DNA of 64,000 nucleotides from Escherichia coli (GTDB lineage Bacteria; Pseudomonadota; Gammaproteobacteria; Enterobacterales; Enterobacteriaceae): NCBI RefSeq assembly GCF_044324875.1, contig NZ_CP172185.1; one strand, 5' to 3'. Shown piece by piece: positions 54,219 to 64,000 of this stretch (position 1 is its first letter; each line of letters starts with the position of its first letter). The notes under the pieces were generated by a model. It saw only the letters and a program-made list of their open reading frames with translations, ran no database searches and was not told where the DNA came from. The position numbers and the translations under genes were made by a program.

Positions 54219-55283
54219 TTAACTGTATGCATGTAGCGTACGTTGGCAAAGTGCCGAACGTACGCAATCCTCTTTACCGAATCGGACGATGCCGACCATT
54301 TCATCTTCTTCGAAACGTTCCAGCGCGTCACTTAATCCGGAGCACACGCCGCGAGGCAAATCGCATTGCGTGATATCACCGTTGACGATAACCGTCACGT
54401 TCTCCCCGAGGCGGGTTAAAAACATTTTCATTTGCGCGGCAGTCACATTCTGCGCCTCGTCAAGAATGACGACTGCATTTTCAAAGGTACGTCCACGCAT
54501 ATAGGCGAACGGCGCAATTTCCACCTTCCCTATTTCCGGTCGCAGGCAGTACTGCATAAAGGAAGCCCCTAAGCGCCGGACCAGCACGTCGTAGACCGGA
54601 CGAAAATAGGGAGCAAACTTTTCTGCGATATCACCAGGTAAGAAGCCAAGATCTTCATCGGCTTGCAGAACTGGACGGGTGACGATAATCCTGTCGACAT
54701 CCTTATGTATCAGGGCCTCTGCCGCTTTTGCTGCGCTGATCCAGGTTTTTCCGCACCCGGCTTCGCCCGTGGCGAATATCAGCTGCTTACTCTCAATAGC
54801 CTTCAGATAGTGCAATTGCGCTTCATTTCGCGCGAGGATGGGCGAGGTATCGCGACTGTCGCGGGCCATACCAATGGCTTCTACGCCGCTCATCTGCACA
54901 AGCGAGGTGACCGATTCTTCTTCACGCTGCTTATGGCTGCGCGAATCCCGTCTCAGCACACGTTTTGCCTCGCGACGAGCTTTGATCACTGCTTTTTGTC
55001 TTCCCATGGAGAGCACCTTGAGTTGTTTGTATTCATCACACGCGCCGTTGGCAGCGCGATTATGCGCACGAACATCAGAGGGTTGGCTTCCTTGTAAGCC
55101 ATAGTTTGCTTTTGGATAAAATGCCGAAAAACGGCTACGCGCACCGTTTACGGCGTCGGTAACACATGAAAAGAAAGGATGAGGTTGAAAATACAAAGTG
55201 ACGAGATGACTACCGGAGGAGAAATCTCCGCGAGTGGTGGCGCGCTGATTATCTAAAACATGTCCAGTACAGGACGTTACCAT
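54219..55283 (-). CDS. phoH: PhoH, phosphate-starvation-inducible ATPase
   Basis: 354-aa ORF with Walker A GEAGCGKTW and PhoH core; matches recalled E. coli PhoH; synteny with efeUOB-putP-putA. Confidence 0.9.
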   Translation of the reverse strand: MVTSCTGHVLDNQRATTRGDFSSGSHLVTLYFQPHPFFSCVTDAVNGARSRFSAFYPKANYGLQGSQPSDVRAHNRAANGACDEYKQLKVLSMGRQKAVIKARREAKRVLRRDSRSHKQREEESVTSLVQMSGVEAIGMARDSRDTSPILARNEAQLHYLKAIESKQLIFATGEAGCGKTWISAAKAAEALIHKDVDRIIVTRPVLQADEDLGFLPGDIAEKFAPYFRPVYDVLVRRLGASFMQYCLRPEIGKVEIAPFAYMRGRTFENAVVILDEAQNVTAAQMKMFLTRLGENVTVIVNGDITQCDLPRGVCSGLSDALERFEEDEMVGIVRFGKEDCVRSALCQRTLHAYS

Positions 55284-55605
55284 CCGCGATCTCCATAGTG
55301 ACTGACTATCACTGCCGGGAACTTCCGCTGCTACTTAATAATTACAACAGAACTCGCATTCATTGCAACAATATATTCACTTATATTTAACGATAAACAC
55401 CCATTTCGGTGACATTAGTTTCTACTGGAAAGATGACAGAGTGATGACAGAGATGAAAAAAGCTGTGTGCTTTCAGCAGGATTCGCAGTACTGGTAAAAG
55501 CTTGCCGGATGCGGCGTGAACGCCTTACCCGACCTACAAGTGATTAATAATTTGTGCACCAAACTCATGCCCGATAAACCTGCGCATCGGGCATATTTGC
55601 GTCGT

Positions 55606-56877
55606 TCAAACCTGTAATAGCGCCCTTCCCAGATAATCGTTCGTGTCCTTCACCCCCGGCAGCGCAAAAAAATAACCGCCGCCGATAGGTTTAACGTATT
55701 CCTCCAGCGCTTCGCCATTGAGCCTTTTTTGTACTGTCAGGAAGCCTTTTTCCAGATCGTGTTGGTAACAGACAAACAGTAGCCCCATATCCAGTTGTCC
55801 GGAGTTGGTGACGCCCAACGAATAACTGTAGCCACGACGCAGCATCAGGCTGGACTCACTCTCTGGCGTGCGGGGATTCGCCAGCCGGATATGGCTGTCC
55901 AGCGCAATCACCTTCCCCTCCGGATCGCTGGCGTAATCGGGAACATCATGCTCATGCTGCATTCCCAGCGGCGCACCGGTTTGTTTGTCGCGACCAAAAA
56001 TCGTCTGCTGTTCTTTCAGTGGCGTTCTGTCCCAAAACTCCACCCGAAACTGAATCAACCGCACCGCCTGGTAGCTGCCGCCGATTGTCCACGCAGGCTC
56101 CTGCTGATCTGCCGTCACCCACACCACTTGTTGCATCAACTTATCATTCTGGCTATCGGGATTGGCAGTGCCGTCTTTGAAACCCAGCAAATTAATCGGC
56201 GTCTCTTTGCCTTTACTACGCGCTGCATGATCGGAAATAAACCCTTCCCGCTTCCAGCGCACGCTGAGCAAATCCGGCGTGTGTTTGATGATATCGCGCA
56301 GCGCATGGATCACCGTGTCCTGGGTGTTGGCGCAAATTTGTAGCAACACATCACCATGACATAACGCCGCATCCAGCGAGTCGTTGGGGAAACGCGTCAT
56401 TTTCTGCAACTTTTTCGGCATCTGCGGTGTAAGGCCAAAGCGCTCATCAAACAATGAGTGGCCCACCGATAATGTGATGGTGAGATTATCGGGCGCAATG
56501 TAGCCGCCAAGAATGCCGGAATCGAGTGGTGGCAGGCGCGGATTTGGCGTTTCTGGTGCCGCTCCGCCCTGAGTCAGAAAAGCAAAACGCTGAGTCAACA
56601 AGCGAAACAACCGTTCAAGATCGGCTTTATCGCTGGCAAGCACATCAAACGCCACCAGCATCATTGCAGCCTGTTGTGGCGTCAGTATCCCTGCCTGATG
56701 CTCACCATAAAAAGGCTGTTTCTCATTGCGTGCATCCGGTGAAAGCGTGCCCGGTGCACTTTGCGTTTTTTGTGCATGAGCGACCGGACAACTTCCCGCC
56801 AGCGCAAGTGCACCAATCCCTTTCAGTAAACGTCGGCGTGACGGTTCATTCACGCCGTTTTCATCTTTATACTGCAT
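55606..56877 (-). CDS. efeB: EfeB, Tat-exported Dyp-type peroxidase of the EfeUOB iron transporter
   Basis: 423-aa ORF with twin-arginine signal (RRRLLKG) and Dyp peroxidase body. Confidence 0.9.
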   Translation of the reverse strand: MQYKDENGVNEPSRRRLLKGIGALALAGSCPVAHAQKTQSAPGTLSPDARNEKQPFYGEHQAGILTPQQAAMMLVAFDVLASDKADLERLFRLLTQRFAFLTQGGAAPETPNPRLPPLDSGILGGYIAPDNLTITLSVGHSLFDERFGLTPQMPKKLQKMTRFPNDSLDAALCHGDVLLQICANTQDTVIHALRDIIKHTPDLLSVRWKREGFISDHAARSKGKETPINLLGFKDGTANPDSQNDKLMQQVVWVTADQQEPAWTIGGSYQAVRLIQFRVEFWDRTPLKEQQTIFGRDKQTGAPLGMQHEHDVPDYASDPEGKVIALDSHIRLANPRTPESESSLMLRRGYSYSLGVTNSGQLDMGLLFVCYQHDLEKGFLTVQKRLNGEALEEYVKPIGGGYFFALPGVKDTNDYLGRALLQV

Positions 56878-56882
56878 AACGC

Positions 56883-58010
56883 TTAATCCAGTCCCAGCAC
56901 ACCGCGAAGTTGCGCCAGATCTTCCGCCAGCGCAGTAATCGGCCCTTTCAGCGCATTACGGTCAGCATCGGTCAATTTGTCGTAGGTTTCAAAACCGTCT
57001 TTAGTACGGTATTTCGCCAGAATGGTATCGACCTTTTTGAAGTTGGCATCGACTTTTGCCAGCAGTTCCGGGTTGGCTTTTTGTAGTTGTGGACGCAGCA
57101 GATCGACAATTTTCTGCGAGCCTTCAACGTTAGCCTGGAAATCCCACAGATCGGTGTGGCTGTAGCGATCTTCTTCACCGCTGATTTTGCTGGCTGCCAC
57201 TTCCTCAATCAGTCCGGCTGCGCCGCCGACCACTTTTGACGGAGGGAAAGCCAGTTCACTGATGCGTTTTTGCAAATCGACCACATCGGTATAAAGCTGG
57301 TCGGCATACTTATCCATCCCTTTAGTGGTGTTATCGCCAAACAATGCTTTTTCCAGACGGTGGAAACCGGTGAATTTTGGATCGGCGGCTTTTTGCTCGT
57401 AATCATCTTCACGGGCGTCAATGCTACCATCCAGATCGGAGAACAGTTCAGCAATCGGTTCAATGCGCTCATAGTGCTGGCGCGTCGGCGCATACAGTGC
57501 TTTCGCTTTTTCGATATCGCCTGCTTTAATAGCGTCGGTAAAGGCTTTGGTGTCGGTCACCAGCTGCGTGGTTTCCGCCATGACATACGCTTTATATGCA
57601 GTAATTGCACCACCAAGACTTAACAGCGCATCACTTTGCGCCGCATCCGCCGTTGCTTCACCTTTAACGATCAACTTCCCTTTCGGGTTAGTCAGCAGAC
57701 CGCAGGTCATATCGTATTCGCCAGGCTGTAAATTCGCCGTCATTTTCTGGCTAAAACCAGGGGCGATATTTTCCCGCTCTTCCACCACCATCACGCCTTT
57801 GAGGATCTCCCACTCCAGCGCCTTCTGGCTGTGGTTCTGAATAATGAACTGTGTTTTCCCGGCGTTAACCGTAATGGTCATCGGTTCGCACTGTTTATCT
57901 GTCACAGTGACTTTGACCTGCGGAATATCAGCGGCGTTAGCCATAAAAGCAGAAGAGAACAGCGCAGCCACGCTAAACTGCAATGCGTTACGGCGGAAGT
58001 TAATGGTCAT
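56883..58010 (-). CDS. efeO: EfeO, periplasmic iron-binding component
   Basis: 375-aa ORF with signal peptide; position between efeB and efeU. Confidence 0.9.
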   Translation of the reverse strand: MTINFRRNALQFSVAALFSSAFMANAADIPQVKVTVTDKQCEPMTITVNAGKTQFIIQNHSQKALEWEILKGVMVVEERENIAPGFSQKMTANLQPGEYDMTCGLLTNPKGKLIVKGEATADAAQSDALLSLGGAITAYKAYVMAETTQLVTDTKAFTDAIKAGDIEKAKALYAPTRQHYERIEPIAELFSDLDGSIDAREDDYEQKAADPKFTGFHRLEKALFGDNTTKGMDKYADQLYTDVVDLQKRISELAFPPSKVVGGAAGLIEEVAASKISGEEDRYSHTDLWDFQANVEGSQKIVDLLRPQLQKANPELLAKVDANFKKVDTILAKYRTKDGFETYDKLTDADRNALKGPITALAEDLAQLRGVLGLD

Positions 58011-58067
58011 GACGAGACTATCCCTTTAAAGTATGTTGTAACTAAGCAAGAGTTTGCGTCGTATTTG

Positions 58068-58898
58068 TTACGCGGAGCGAGACGCTGTCGCCCCTGCGCG
58101 TGGTGGCAGGGCAAATGCCACCAGCGCCGGGATGAGATAAATAAACCAGACGGCGACTTCGCTGACGCTCGGCGCTTCCTGATAGCCAAAAATCCCTTCC
58201 ATCAGCGTGCCAAACAGCGAGTGAGTTGAGAGCACCGCACTCATATCGAAGGCGATTTCCTGAAAGTGGTTCCACAATCCGGCTTCATGAAATGCGCGAA
58301 TGGCACCAGCCGCCAGCCCTGCGGCGACGAAGAGAATAAACAGGCTGGTCCATTTAAAAAATGCACCAAGATTGAGGCGAATACCGCCCCAGTAGAGCAG
58401 GAAGCCGAGCACCACGGCTGTAGCAAGACCGAGCATTGCACCCAGCGGCGGCCAGATCCCGACATCTTGTTGAAACGCCGCCAGCAGGAAAAAGACCGAC
58501 TCCAGCCCCTCCCTTGCAACGGCAAAAAAGACCATCATCACCAGCGCCCAGCCATGATGATTCCCACGCTGCAATGCGCTATCGACTGCCTGCTCCAGTT
58601 GTACTTTGACGTTGCGCGACACTTTGCGCATCCAGAAAACCATCCAGGTAAGGATCACCACGGCGATCACCGCCACGATACCTTCAAACAGTTCCTGTTC
58701 TTTTTGCGGAAATTCGCCGGTGGTTTCGTTAATGAAGATACCCAAGCCCAGGCACAACGCAGCGGCAAGCAACACGCCAATCCACATCACACCAATCCAT
58801 CGGCCTCGCTGGGTACGCTTAAGATAGCTGGCGATCAAACTGACAATCAGCGCGGCTTCAAGTCCTTCGCGCAACATAATGAGAAATGGAACAAACAT
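58068..58898 (-). CDS. efeU: EfeU, ferrous-iron permease (FTR1 family), apparently intact
   Basis: Single uninterrupted ORF; start placed at Met MFVPFLIMLREGLEAAL; REGLE motifs present. Confidence 0.85.
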   Translation of the reverse strand: MFVPFLIMLREGLEAALIVSLIASYLKRTQRGRWIGVMWIGVLLAAALCLGLGIFINETTGEFPQKEQELFEGIVAVIAVVILTWMVFWMRKVSRNVKVQLEQAVDSALQRGNHHGWALVMMVFFAVAREGLESVFFLLAAFQQDVGIWPPLGAMLGLATAVVLGFLLYWGGIRLNLGAFFKWTSLFILFVAAGLAAGAIRAFHEAGLWNHFQEIAFDMSAVLSTHSLFGTLMEGIFGYQEAPSVSEVAVWFIYLIPALVAFALPPRAGATASRSA

Positions 58899-59551
58899 GC
58901 CACCCACCCTTAAACGTTTTTCTGAGTCAATCTATGCAAAGAAAAGTAAATCGCAGTGATAGCGATTATCATTACGGCAAAGAAAAATACAAGCGGAATG
59001 TTTATAAAATGATGTTGGAATGTAAACAAAGAGAGGTAATGGCAGGGGATATAAACGATTATTCCAGGTACAAAGATGGGATTGTTTACAACGAGCCATG
59101 TGTTCTTGCCAGATGCCGCGTAAACGCCTTATCCAGCCGACAAAACTGTCCAGACTCAATGCATCAGAGCTTCCATGTAAAACTGATAAGCGGGTGTATC
59201 AAGCAATTTCGTCCATCCGCGATTATCAAATCTAACTTTTTGCCCGGAACATAATAACAGCTCGGGTGTTGGTGGCGTCAAAGTCGCTGAAGCGTTCCCC
59301 GAAGGCCGGGGCAGCCCACATGGATGTGGGCTGAGGGCGCGTCTTACAGGACATTACCTCGCGCCCGACCCGGTAGCCGAAGGGGATAAGCTGAAGGTAC
59401 CGCGCAGCGGCGATTTTGTTCGCCAGAGCCCGGGGTGCAGGGGGTGGCGGCGATTGGCCGCCCCCTGCACCATTCAATTTATATGGCGAGGCACATTAAG
59501 GGAGCGCAACCCGCTGCTGAAGCCAAACAAAACCGCCGCAGGCTAAGTCCC

Positions 59552-61060
<1,509 letters not shown>

Positions 61061-61482
61061 CTAAAGTCTCCAAAAAATTATTATCGGCAATGTCGAAACT
61101 TGCCGTTATATCTGCCACCGGAACGGGGTAACAGAGTTTATGTTTTACCAGGGCGACCGTATCCTGCCGGAAGCGCTGGTTATTCACAATCGATTTAACA
61201 CACCATTTACATTAAATTTTAGTGCTCAGCGACACTATTTTTCATCAGGTTGCACTCTCTCACATTTTTTGCGGTTGCACCTTTCAAAAATGTTAACTGC
61301 CGCAGAGAAAAAGTCTGAGTTATTTTTTTAATCCCTGTCATATCGATTTCTTTTATTAACATTTCATTCATTTTTAAGCTTGCTACGCAGGTCACATTTA
61401 ACATGGTTGCACAAAGTTGCAACATCATGGATATTTCACGATAACGTTAAGTTGCACCTTTCAGAACAACAGGAGTAATGGC
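61061..61482. promoter_or_regulatory. put control region (divergent putP/putA promoters) with five GTTGCA PutA operator motifs
   Basis: GTTGCA at 61249, 61274, 61406, 61416 and 61451; AT-rich divergent intergenic region. Confidence 0.7.
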
Positions 61483-64000
61483 ATGGGAACCACCACCATG
61501 GGGGTTAAGCTGGACGACGCGACGCGTGAGCGTATTAAGTCTGCCGCGACACGTATCGATCGCACGCCACACTGGTTAATTAAGCAGGCGATTTTTTCTT
61601 ATCTTGAACAACTGGAAAACAGCGATACTCTTCCGGAGCTACCTGCGCTGCTTTCTGGCGCGGCCAATGAGAGCGATGAAGCACCGACTCCGGCAGAGGA
61701 ACCACACCAGCCTTTCCTCGACTTTGCCGAGCAAATTTTGCCCCAGTCGGTTTCCCGCGCCGCGATCACCGCTGCCTATCGCCGCCCGGAAACCGAAGCG
61801 GTTTCGATGCTGCTGGAACAAGCCCGCCTGCCGCAGCCAGTTGCTGAACAGGCGCATAAACTGGCATATCAACTGGCCGATAAACTGCGTAATCAAAAAA
61901 ATGCCAGTGGTCGCGCAGGTATGGTCCAGGGGTTATTGCAGGAGTTTTCGCTGTCATCGCAGGAAGGCGTGGCGCTGATGTGTCTGGCAGAAGCGTTGTT
62001 GCGTATTCCCGACAAAGCCACCCGTGATGCGTTAATTCGCGACAAAATCAGCAACGGTAACTGGCAGTCACACATTGGTCGTAGCCCGTCGTTGTTTGTT
62101 AATGCCGCCACCTGGGGGCTGCTGTTTACTGGCAAACTGGTTTCCACCCATAACGAAGCCAGCCTCTCCCGCTCGCTGAACCGCATTATCGGTAAGAGCG
62201 GTGAACCGCTGATCCGCAAAGGTGTGGATATGGCGATGCGCCTGATGGGCGAGCAGTTCGTCACTGGCGAAACCATCGCGGAAGCGTTAGCCAATGCCCG
62301 CAAGCTGGAAGAGAAAGGTTTCCGTTACTCTTACGACATGCTGGGCGAAGCCGCGCTGACTGCCGCAGATGCACAGGCGTATATGGTTTCCTATCAGCAG
62401 GCGATTCACGCCATTGGTAAAGCGTCCAATGGTCGTGGCATCTATGAAGGTCCGGGCATTTCAATCAAGCTGTCGGCGCTGCATCCGCGTTACAGCCGCG
62501 CCCAGTATGATCGGGTAATGGAAGAGCTTTACCCGCGTCTGAAATCACTCACCCTGCTGGCGCGTCAGTACGATATTGGTATTAACATCGATGCCGAAGA
62601 GGCCGATCGTCTGGAGATCTCCCTCGATCTGCTGGAAAAACTCTGTTTCGAGCCGGAACTGGCAGGCTGGAACGGCATCGGTTTTGTTATTCAGGCTTAT
62701 CAAAAACGCTGTCCGTTGGTGATTGATTATCTGATTGATCTCGCCACCCGCAGCCGTCGCCGTCTGATGATTCGCCTGGTGAAAGGCGCGTACTGGGATA
62801 GTGAAATCAAGCGTGCACAGATGGACGGCCTTGAAGGTTATCCGGTTTATACCCGCAAGGTGTATACCGACGTTTCATATCTCGCCTGTGCGAAAAAGCT
62901 GCTGGCGGTGCCGAATCTAATCTACCCGCAGTTCGCAACGCATAACGCCCATACGCTGGCGGCAATTTATCAACTGGCGGGTCAGAACTACTACCCGGGT
63001 CAGTACGAGTTCCAGTGCCTGCACGGTATGGGCGAGCCACTGTATGAGCAGGTCACCGGGAAAGTTGCCGACGGCAAACTTAACCGTCCGTGTCGTATTT
63101 ATGCTCCTGTCGGTACCCATGAAACGCTGCTGGCGTATCTGGTGCGTCGCCTGCTGGAAAACGGTGCTAACACCTCGTTTGTTAACCGTATTGCTGACAC
63201 CTCTTTGCCCCTGGATGAACTGGTCGCCGATCCGGTCACTGCTGTAGAAAAACTGGCGCAACAGGAAGGGCAAACTGGATTACCGCATCCGAAAATTCCC
63301 CTGCCGCGCGATCTTTACGGTCACGGGCGCGACAACTCGGCAGGGCTGGATCTCGCTAACGAACACCGTCTGGCATCGCTCTCTTCTGCCCTGCTCAATA
63401 GTGCACTGCAAAAATGGCAGGCCTTGCCAATGCTGGAACAATCGGTCGCGGCTGGTGAGATGTCGCCCGTTATTAACCCGGCAGAGCCGAAAGATATTGT
63501 GGGCTATGTGCGCGAAGCCACGCCGAGTGAAGTAGAACAGGCGCTGGAAAGTGCGGTTAATAACGCACCAATCTGGTTTGCCACGCCTCCGGCTGAACGC
63601 GCGGCAATTTTGCATCGCGCTGCCGTGCTGATGGAAAGCCAGATGCAGCAACTGATTGGTATTCTGGTGCGTGAGGCCGGAAAAACCTTCAGTAACGCCA
63701 TTGCCGAAGTGCGCGAAGCGGTCGATTTTCTCCACTACTACGCCGGACAGGTGCGGGATGATTTCGCTAACGAAACCCACCGTCCATTAGGGCCTGTGGT
63801 ATGTATCAGTCCGTGGAACTTCCCGCTGGCGATTTTCACCGGGCAGATCGCTGCCGCACTGGCGGCAGGTAACAGCGTACTGGCAAAACCGGCAGAACAA
63901 ACGCCGCTGATTGCCGCGCAAGGGATTGCCATTTTGGTGGAGGCGGGTGTACCGCCAGGCGTGGTGCAATTGCTGCCAGGTCGGGGGGAAACCGTGGGCG
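61483..64000 (+). CDS. putA: PutA, bifunctional proline dehydrogenase / P5C dehydrogenase and repressor (5' 839 codons; continues past window end)
   Basis: ATG at 61483 then MGTTTMGVKLDDATRERIKSAATRIDRTPHWLIKQ... open to position 64000; absent from ORF track because no stop in window. Confidence 0.9.
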   Translation, partial: MGTTTMGVKLDDATRERIKSAATRIDRTPHWLIKQAIFSYLEQLENSDTLPELPALLSGAANESDEAPTPAEEPHQPFLDFAEQILPQSVSRAAITAAYRRPETEAVSMLLEQARLPQPVAEQAHKLAYQLADKLRNQKNASGRAGMVQGLLQEFSLSSQEGVALMCLAEALLRIPDKATRDALIRDKISNGNWQSHIGRSPSLFVNAATWGLLFTGKLVSTHNEASLSRSLNRIIGKSGEPLIRKGVDMAMRLMGEQFVTGETIAEALANARKLEEKGFRYSYDMLGEAALTAADAQAYMVSYQQAIHAIGKASNGRGIYEGPGISIKLSALHPRYSRAQYDRVMEELYPRLKSLTLLARQYDIGINIDAEEADRLEISLDLLEKLCFEPELAGWNGIGFVIQAYQKRCPLVIDYLIDLATRSRRRLMIRLVKGAYWDSEIKRAQMDGLEGYPVYTRKVYTDVSYLACAKKLLAVPNLIYPQFATHNAHTLAAIYQLAGQNYYPGQYEFQCLHGMGEPLYEQVTGKVADGKLNRPCRIYAPVGTHETLLAYLVRRLLENGANTSFVNRIADTSLPLDELVADPVTAVEKLAQQEGQTGLPHPKIPLPRDLYGHGRDNSAGLDLANEHRLASLSSALLNSALQKWQALPMLEQSVAAGEMSPVINPAEPKDIVGYVREATPSEVEQALESAVNNAPIWFATPPAERAAILHRAAVLMESQMQQLIGILVREAGKTFSNAIAEVREAVDFLHYYAGQVRDDFANETHRPLGPVVCISPWNFPLAIFTGQIAAALAAGNSVLAKPAEQTPLIAAQGIAILVEAGVPPGVVQLLPGRGETVG

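Noticed and set aside
59290-59530. GC-rich palindromic sequence between efeU and putP that might be a REP element or small RNA
   Set aside because: Stem pairing is imperfect on reading and I cannot match it to a known REP consensus from memory.

Overview
Highly mosaic, IS-saturated accessory DNA of an Escherichia/Shigella-type chromosome, ending in the conserved phoH-efeUOB-putP-putA backbone (54.2-64 kb; the protein sequences match E. coli from memory, no search was run). All calls are from reading the sequence and ORF translations only. From left to right: (1) an FMN-dependent L-lactate dehydrogenase gene split by a complete IS629 (1310 bp), a PapB-family regulator, a lactate-permease homologue and an MFS transporter; (2) an IS66-family element, a GTPase gene stub, and a nested IS629 / truncated IS30 / IS911 stack; (3) an AT-rich type I restriction-modification operon hsdM-hsdS-X-hsdR (13.4-24.0 kb) in which hsdS is broken by two inverted IS629 copies with its 3' half inverted between them, and X is an embedded gene with a PD-(D/E)xK-like motif; (4) a group II intron (reverse-transcriptase ORF frameshifted) whose 5' exon is IS629 orfB and 3' exon is IS911 orfB, plus a 159-bp copy of the intron 5' end elsewhere; (5) fragments of IS66-, IS3- and IS256-family elements; (6) a GC-rich raffinose/sucrose module (rafR-rafA-rafB-rafD, EIIA-like, fructokinase, rafY porin); (7) IS2 with a nonsense-mutated orfB; (8) an integrase-associated island remnant (P4-type integrase, IS21-family element, frameshifted DUF3987-like gene, AlpA regulator, a 607-aa AT-rich orphan ORF, a decayed YagK/YfjJ-like gene) next to two ~100-bp direct repeats carrying a tRNA-Ser-like 3' end. 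The best candidates for something undescribed are the 607-aa orphan ORF and the nuclease-like gene X inside the restriction-modification operon. No CRISPR array, rRNA or intact tRNA gene was seen.
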